Shown: piece after piece, positions 58,613 through 64,000 of the stretch
Numbering within the stretch: the first letter of the stretch is position 1
Layout of the letters: the number at the start of each line of letters is the position of its first letter
Assembly (NCBI GenBank): GCA_022826185.1
Contig: JAJDVH010000153.1
Location: 5,070 to 69,069, forward strand
Reading direction: 5' to 3'
DNA from: Alphaproteobacteria bacterium
GTDB taxonomy: Bacteria > Pseudomonadota > Alphaproteobacteria > Bin95
DNA: 64,000 nucleotides
The notes under the pieces: generated by a model
Told to the model about the DNA's origin: nothing
Databases searched by the model: none
Seen by the model: the letters and a program-made list of their open reading frames with translations, nothing else
Position numbers and translations under genes: made by a program

Positions 58613-59620
58613 ATGCGCCGCCTCCTCCTCGGGGTCGCCGCTTTCGCTGGCATTGCCCTTGCCGCCTTGAGTTCGGCCGCGGCTCAGGACGTCAATGTCT
58701 ATTCCTACCGCCAGCCGTTTCTGGTGAAGCCGCTCTTCAAGGCCTTCCAGGAAAAGACCGGCATCAAGGTCAATGTCGTCTTCGCCAAGAAGGGTCTGAT
58801 CGAACGGCTGAAAACGGAAGGAGAGGCCAGCCCGGCCGATCTGGTCTTCACGGTCGATATCGGCAGGCTGCACGATGCCGTCAAGGCTGGTGTGGTGAAG
58901 CCGCTCAAAACGGACACGCTGGCTGCCAATATCCCGGCTTCGCTCCGGGACCCGGACGGCGCATGGTACGGGCTGACCACCCGGACGCGGATCATTTACG
59001 TGTCCCGCGACCGTGTTCCCGAAGGTGCGATCCGGACTTATGAGCAGCTTGCGGATCCGGAATGGAAGGGGCGCATCTGCACCCGCAGCGGCAAGCACGT
59101 GTACAACATAGCGCTCATTTCCTCGATGATCGCGCATCACGGCGCGGAAAAGGCCGAAGCCTGGCTCAGGGGGTTGAAGGCGAATCTCGCCCGCCGCCCG
59201 CAAGGCAACGACACCGCGCAGGTAAAGGCGATCTTTGCCGGCGAGTGCGATGTGTCGATCGGGAACCACTATTATTTCCACAAGATGCTCGACAACCCGA
59301 AGCAGAGACCGTGGGCCGAGTCGGTCCGGGTGGTATTTCCGAACCAGGAGGGCCGCGGGGCCCACGTCAACATCTCCGGGGCCTTGCTGGTGAAAGGAGC
59401 GCCGAACGAAGCCAATGCGGTGGCGCTGCTGGAATTTGCATCGGGTAAGGAGGGCCAGGCCATCTACACGGAGATCAACGGGGAATATCCTGTACGGCCC
59501 GATGTTCCCGGACCGGAGCGCCTCTCGTCCTTCAAGGCAGACACGCTGCCGCTTTCGCGCGTGGCCGAGCTTCGCGAACAAGCCGGCATGATGGTGGACC
59601 GGGTGGACTATGACGGCTGA
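58613..59620 (+). CDS. Fe(3+) ABC transporter substrate-binding protein (FbpA/AfuA family); no cognate permease or ATPase adjacent
   Basis: Start at ATG 58613 with RBS AAAGGAAGGGAGGG. Signal peptide MRRLLLGVAAFAGIALAALSSAAA. Confidence 0.8.
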   Translation: MRRLLLGVAAFAGIALAALSSAAAQDVNVYSYRQPFLVKPLFKAFQEKTGIKVNVVFAKKGLIERLKTEGEASPADLVFTVDIGRLHDAVKAGVVKPLKTDTLAANIPASLRDPDGAWYGLTTRTRIIYVSRDRVPEGAIRTYEQLADPEWKGRICTRSGKHVYNIALISSMIAHHGAEKAEAWLRGLKANLARRPQGNDTAQVKAIFAGECDVSIGNHYYFHKMLDNPKQRPWAESVRVVFPNQEGRGAHVNISGALLVKGAPNEANAVALLEFASGKEGQAIYTEINGEYPVRPDVPGPERLSSFKADTLPLSRVAELREQAGMMVDRVDYDG

Positions 59621-61152
59621 GCGAGCCGGTTCGCCAGTTCCAGCTTGCGGACCTTGCCCGTGGCGGTGACCGGCAGGGTGGCGCGCTCGACGATCTCGAT
59701 GCGCCGCGGCGTCTTGTAGGCAGCGAGTTCCGCCCGGCAGGCCCGCCTGAGCGCTTCTGCGTCCGGCGACGCCCCGGGCGCCGCGACCACGACTGCTACA
59801 GGCACCTCGCCTTTCACGGTGTCCGGCAGGCCGACGACATAGGCCTCCGCGACGCCCGGCTGGTCCTGCAGGAACATTTCGATCTCGCGCGGCGCGATAT
59901 TGATGCCGCCCGATTTCAGCATTTCCTTGAGGCGTCCCCGGAAAAGCAGCCTGCCGCTGCCGTCCCATGCCGCGAGGTCCCCGGTCTTCATCCAGCCGTC
60001 CGCGGTGAAAATCTCGGCGTCGCGTTCCGGGTCGTTGTAGTAGCCCGGCATGTTCCGCCCGCGCAGCCAGATTTCGCCCTGCTCTCCATCCAGACCGGTC
60101 CCGGGGTCGACGAGCCGGAATTCCTGTCCCGGCAACGGGCGGCCGCATGTTGCGTGCCGGACCTCGCGCGGGTCGCCATAGTCGCAAACCGCTGAATTTC
60201 CATAGGCTTCCGTCAAGCCGTAAACCTGAAGGATTCGGGAGACGCCGAGGCGTTCGACCAGGGCCATCTCGCCGGGCGTACCGATGGAAAGGCCCGTTCT
60301 CAGCGAAGAAAGGTCGCGCGAAGGCCGGTCGGGATGCTCCCACATCGCATGAGCCATGTTGGGCAGGCCGTAGAAGACGGAGCAACGCTCCCGCTCGATC
60401 AGCGCCATCGCTTCACCGGGCTCGAAGGCATGCTGGAGGACGACGGTCGCTCCGTGGGTGAGCGCGACCCCGAGGGCGTTGGCGGCGGCGAAGCTCCAGA
60501 AGAGGTTGATCGCGAGCCAGACCCGGTCCTCAGGCCTGACCCGCATCCGTTCGCCGATGGGGCGCATGTTCTCGATTATGCCGCGATGGGTGAGTTGAGC
60601 CCCCTTGGGCATGGCCGTCGTGCCGGAGGTGAACAGGATTTGGGCTACATCGTCCGGTTCCGGGCCCGGGAAGGCGCCGGGTTCGCGGCGGAGAACGGCG
60701 AAGGGCAGGGCGCCGGGCGGTGCCTCGCCGAGGATGACGACCGTCGGCACTTCCCGGAATGCGCCGGCCTCCCGGAGCAGAGCGGCATAGTCCTGGCCGA
60801 GATAGCGGTCGGCGGCTACCAGCAGCTTGATGTCCACCTTGGCGAACACATGGCGAAGCTCGTGGCCGCGAAACCAGGTGTTGACCGCGACGACCCGTGC
60901 GCCGAGCGACAGCGCCGCAAACATGACGAGCAGCCATTCCGCGCAATTGCCCATCAGCAGGCCGACATTGTCGCCCCGCCGGATGCCGTGCGCGGCGAGG
61001 CCGGCGGCCAGGCGGGCGGCTTCGTCCCGGAAGGCGCCATAGGTCCAGCGCTCGTTGCGATAGACCAGGAATTCGCGGTCGGGCGCGCTGTCGGCCAGCG
61101 CGTCCAACAGGGCGGGAAGCGTGCGGGCGGCCCGGACCGCTTCGGAGATCAT
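59608..61152 (-). CDS. AMP-dependent synthetase/ligase (class I adenylate-forming acyl-CoA synthetase)
   Basis: 514 aa with an AMP-binding motif (LFTSGTTAMPKG) and a C-terminal hinge Lys region. Confidence 0.85.
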   Translation of the reverse strand: MISEAVRAARTLPALLDALADSAPDREFLVYRNERWTYGAFRDEAARLAAGLAAHGIRRGDNVGLLMGNCAEWLLVMFAALSLGARVVAVNTWFRGHELRHVFAKVDIKLLVAADRYLGQDYAALLREAGAFREVPTVVILGEAPPGALPFAVLRREPGAFPGPEPDDVAQILFTSGTTAMPKGAQLTHRGIIENMRPIGERMRVRPEDRVWLAINLFWSFAAANALGVALTHGATVVLQHAFEPGEAMALIERERCSVFYGLPNMAHAMWEHPDRPSRDLSSLRTGLSIGTPGEMALVERLGVSRILQVYGLTEAYGNSAVCDYGDPREVRHATCGRPLPGQEFRLVDPGTGLDGEQGEIWLRGRNMPGYYNDPERDAEIFTADGWMKTGDLAAWDGSGRLLFRGRLKEMLKSGGINIAPREIEMFLQDQPGVAEAYVVGLPDTVKGEVPVAVVVAAPGASPDAEALRRACRAELAAYKTPRRIEIVERATLPVTATGKVRKLELANRLAQPS

Positions 61153-61514
61153 CGTTCGCGCGCAGCTTCCACGACGGGCACGGCGCGCCCGTTATAGACA
61201 TCCGGCTTGCGCACCCGGACGCGGCACCAGGTCACTCTGGGGTCCTGCAGACAGACATCGAGAAGCTCGTCCACCAGCGTTTCCAGCAGGTCGGTGTGCG
61301 GGCGGGCGGGCCACTCCGAGGTCACATGCCGATAGACGCGGTCATAGTCGATGCAATCGTCGAGGCTCCGGGCCGCGTCCCATTCGGGCCGTGTCATCTC
61401 TACATCGACCAGCAGGCGCTGGCGCCTGTCGGGATGGCGTTCCCAGTCCGCAACGCCAACCCTGGCCTCGACCGTAATGCCTTCCAGAGCCACACGCTGC
61501 CAGGTCCGCGTCAT
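61149..61514 (-). CDS. folB: Dihydroneopterin aldolase
   Basis: 121 aa, FolB fold (…GITVEARVGV…E…Y…K). Overlaps its neighbours by 4 nt. Confidence 0.7.
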   Translation of the reverse strand: MTRTWQRVALEGITVEARVGVADWERHPDRRQRLLVDVEMTRPEWDAARSLDDCIDYDRVYRHVTSEWPARPHTDLLETLVDELLDVCLQDPRVTWCRVRVRKPDVYNGRAVPVVEAARER

Positions 61515-62245
61515 TCCTCGATCATCGCCGTCTCGACGTCCTCATAGTCCTGAAAGCGGAATCCGGCGTCAACGTAGAGCGTTTCTCCGGTCACGCTCTC
61601 CGTCTCGACTAGGTAACGCACGGCCCCGAAAATGTCGTCGAGCGCAATCTCCCGCCTGAGAAGGGTGGACCGGACGACCGCCCGGTATTCGTCGGCGCTC
61701 TGGCCGCCGCTGGGCAGCACCACGCCGGGCGCGACCGCATTGACCCGGACGGTCGGCGCCAGCGCCTGCGCCAGCATCGTCGTGGCGTTCTGCAGGGCCG
61801 TCTTGGCGAGCGTGTAGGAGAGAAAGGACGCGCTCGGCCGCCAGACCTTGAAGTCGAGGAAATTGATGGCGACGGCCGGGCGGCCCCGGACCGCAACCGC
61901 CCGGATAAGGTTCACCGGGGCCGCCAGGTTGACGGCGATATTTCGCTCCCAGGTGGCGGCTTCCAGGGTTTCCATATCGTCATACTCGAAGGTGGAAGCG
62001 CAGTTGATGAGCACATCGACCGGCCCGAGCGCGGCCTCGCAACCGGCGATCAGGGCCTCCGCGGCATCCCACTCGGAAAGGTCGGCCGGAAGCAGGGCCG
62101 TCCGCTCGATCCGGGCTGCGAGCGTTTCGGCCTCCTGCCTCGACCCGTTGTAATGGATACCGACGGAACAGCCCGCCCGGCCGAAACCGAGGGCAAGATG
62201 GCGGCCGATTCGCCGCGCCGCGCCCGTCACCAGCACCACCGTCAT
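61511..62245 (-). CDS. SDR-family oxidoreductase (pteridine/dihydromonapterin-reductase-like, FolM-type) next to folB
   Basis: Start reassigned to ATG 62245 (MTVVLVTGAARRIG…). Confidence 0.75.
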   Translation of the reverse strand: MTVVLVTGAARRIGRHLALGFGRAGCSVGIHYNGSRQEAETLAARIERTALLPADLSEWDAAEALIAGCEAALGPVDVLINCASTFEYDDMETLEAATWERNIAVNLAAPVNLIRAVAVRGRPAVAINFLDFKVWRPSASFLSYTLAKTALQNATTMLAQALAPTVRVNAVAPGVVLPSGGQSADEYRAVVRSTLLRREIALDDIFGAVRYLVETESVTGETLYVDAGFRFQDYEDVETAMIEE

Positions 62246-63093
62246 GACGCCAGCCAGGCTTCCAGGTTCTTGGCTTCGCCGGCGCCCTGGGCCGCCCGGA
62301 ACGCCTCGTTGGCGCTGGCATTGGCGGCGAATTCCGCGCGGGCGGCCGCGGCGATCTCCGGTGAGAGGTCGAGGTCGCCTGCGTCGATGGCGGCGATGAT
62401 CGCCGCATAACCCCTTGCCGCCCGGTCGGCCGTGTCGGGCGACTGGGTGATCGAGCCGTCGCGCTTGACATAGTCGTAGCCGGTGCGCGCGAGGCCGCGG
62501 AATTCCGGACACCGGGTCAGCACTTCGAGGTTGAACACCACATCGCTGCAGAAGTCGAAGGCGCGCCAGCCATCGCCGGCGTACTCGCGGCGGAGAAGCG
62601 CGTTCATCGGCAGGCGGGGGGCGAGGATCGCTTCGGCCGTCAGCCGGAAGTCGGCCGGAGCCTGCGGGAACGCCGTCTTGGCCAGGCGCCCTTCGATCCA
62701 GAGCGCCGTATTGTCGATCGCCGCGCCGTATCGCTCAGCGCAGGGCAGCATGAAGGCGAGCCGTTCCGGGCGCATGGTGTCGTCGGCGTCGAGATTGGCG
62801 ATGAAGCGTCCGCGCGCGGCCGCCAGCGCGGCATTGCGCGCTGGTCCGTCGCCGCTGCCGTTCCGCCCCGTCGAAACCTGCCGGAGGCGCGGGTCGGCGC
62901 AGTCGAGCATCGCCGCATAGTCCTCGCCGTCGTCGGAGGCGAGCACCACCTCGATGTCGTCGAACGTCTGGGCGAGCGCGCTTTCGACCGCCTTGCCGAG
63001 CGTTTCGGCGGCCTCGAAACACGGGACCAGAATGCTGACGGTCGGTGCTAGACTGGGCGCCAGGAAGCCGTCCTCCTCAGGAGCGGCGGCAGA
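62242..63093 (-). CDS. Family 2 glycosyltransferase; conserved N-terminus (…PTVSILVPCFEAAETLGKAVESALAQTF…) lies in an open frame with no ATG/GTG/TTG start upstream of it
   Basis: Maximal ORF back to the in-frame TAA at 63094-63096. First canonical start (GTG 62949) would delete the nucleotide-binding beta1. Either a non-canonical start (CTG/ATT) or a sequence error/pseudogene. Confidence 0.5.
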   Translation of the reverse strand, partial: SAAAPEEDGFLAPSLAPTVSILVPCFEAAETLGKAVESALAQTFDDIEVVLASDDGEDYAAMLDCADPRLRQVSTGRNGSGDGPARNAALAAARGRFIANLDADDTMRPERLAFMLPCAERYGAAIDNTALWIEGRLAKTAFPQAPADFRLTAEAILAPRLPMNALLRREYAGDGWRAFDFCSDVVFNLEVLTRCPEFRGLARTGYDYVKRDGSITQSPDTADRAARGYAAIIAAIDAGDLDLSPEIAAAARAEFAANASANEAFRAAQGAGEAKNLEAWLAS

Positions 63094-63117
63094 TTAGCAG
63101 CATCGGAGAAACCCCGC

Positions 63118-63924
63118 ATGAACGGCCTGCCGTCCTACGAAGTGCTTGCGATCCGCTATGGCGAACAGAAAGAGCGCCCGGAAGGCTCGACCTTCATGGG
63201 CGGCGACCCGGCGAAAATGATCCCCGGACTCGATTTCTTCACCTATGTCATCATGGGGGCCGGGCGCACCTGGATCGTCGATACCGGCTTCAAATCCGAC
63301 ATTTCGGGCGAGGGCGGCCGCATGCACCTGCACGACCCGGCGGCGGTGCTGGGCCGACTCGGCGTTGACGCAAGGACGGCGTCCGACGTCCTGCTGACCC
63401 ATGCGCATTTCGACCATGTCGGCAATCTTGCCGACTATCCGGCGGCCGGCTTCCGCATGCACGCCGAGGAGATGGCGTCGATCACCGGGCCGGACATGAC
63501 GCATCCGGCCTTTCGCCACGCCTACCATCTGCGCGACACCCAGGCCCTGGTGCAGCTCGTCTATGAAGACCGGTTGCGTTTCGACACCGAGCCCGTCGTC
63601 GAGATCGCGCCCGGCCTCGAATCGCACCTGATCGGCGGCCATGCGCGCGGCCAGACGGTGCTGCGCGTCCACAGCAGAAGGGGCTGGATCCTGCTTGCCT
63701 CCGACGCCGTCCACCTGTTCGAGGAAGTCACGGACGAGCGGCCGTTCGCGATCTTCTACGACCTGGCGAAAATGGTCGAAGGCTACCGGCGCTGCCTGGC
63801 GCTCGCCGGCTCTCTTGACCGCCTCGTTCCCGGCCACGATCCGCTGGTGACGGCGCGCTATCCCGCCCCGAGCGCCGACCTCGAAGGCATCGTGCTCGAC
63901 CTCGGCGCCGAACCCTCGGACTGA
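63118..63924 (+). CDS. MBL-fold metallo-hydrolase (N-acyl-homoserine-lactonase AttM/AiiB-like family)
   Basis: HAHFDH zinc motif; 268 aa. Confidence 0.75.
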   Translation: MNGLPSYEVLAIRYGEQKERPEGSTFMGGDPAKMIPGLDFFTYVIMGAGRTWIVDTGFKSDISGEGGRMHLHDPAAVLGRLGVDARTASDVLLTHAHFDHVGNLADYPAAGFRMHAEEMASITGPDMTHPAFRHAYHLRDTQALVQLVYEDRLRFDTEPVVEIAPGLESHLIGGHARGQTVLRVHSRRGWILLASDAVHLFEEVTDERPFAIFYDLAKMVEGYRRCLALAGSLDRLVPGHDPLVTARYPAPSADLEGIVLDLGAEPSD

Positions 63925-64000
63925 TGCGGTTGCGGCGCTTGCGCAGACGGCATCGGCGGCTATAGTCGCGCGTCCTTTCGGAGGGACCATCCCATGCTGA

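Overview
High-GC (about 65-68%) alphaproteobacterial chromosome segment, probably a Hyphomicrobiales/Rhizobiales-type genome. The core is the conserved syntenic block rpsB-tsf-pyrH-frr-uppS-cdsA-dxr-rseP-bamA-skp-fabZ-lpxA-lpxI (10.3-22.5 kb). Notably, lpxD and lpxB are absent from it. Upstream are a form-II CoxMSL-like molybdo-enzyme operon, MmgE/PrpD plus a family III CoA-transferase, and a phd-vapC-GNAT cassette. Downstream the block is interrupted by accessory and catabolic content: two thiolase+DUF35 pairs, a TAXI-TRAP transporter, a PotABCD-like ABC operon, and a TPP-enzyme/NDP-forming acyl-CoA synthetase operon. The most unusual region is 40.7-47.6 kb: a Type III restriction-modification island arranged res -> orphan PIN-domain gene -> mod. 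The mod gene carries a sharply low-GC target-recognition domain. It is followed immediately by a duplicated palindromic element built from tandem CCACTNN heptamers plus a NotI-like GC box, which overlaps the mod stop codon and sits directly 5' of two start codons. The rest of the window holds: REP-like GTCACCCCGG...CCGGGGTCCA hairpin repeats; an E1-alpha/beta pair with a split ComDE-like TPP decarboxylase; a PBP1A-family gene; a GrdB/PrdB-like selenoprotein candidate with an in-frame TGA (UxxC) and a SECIS-like hairpin; and assorted metabolic genes. No rRNA, tRNA or CRISPR was recognised.
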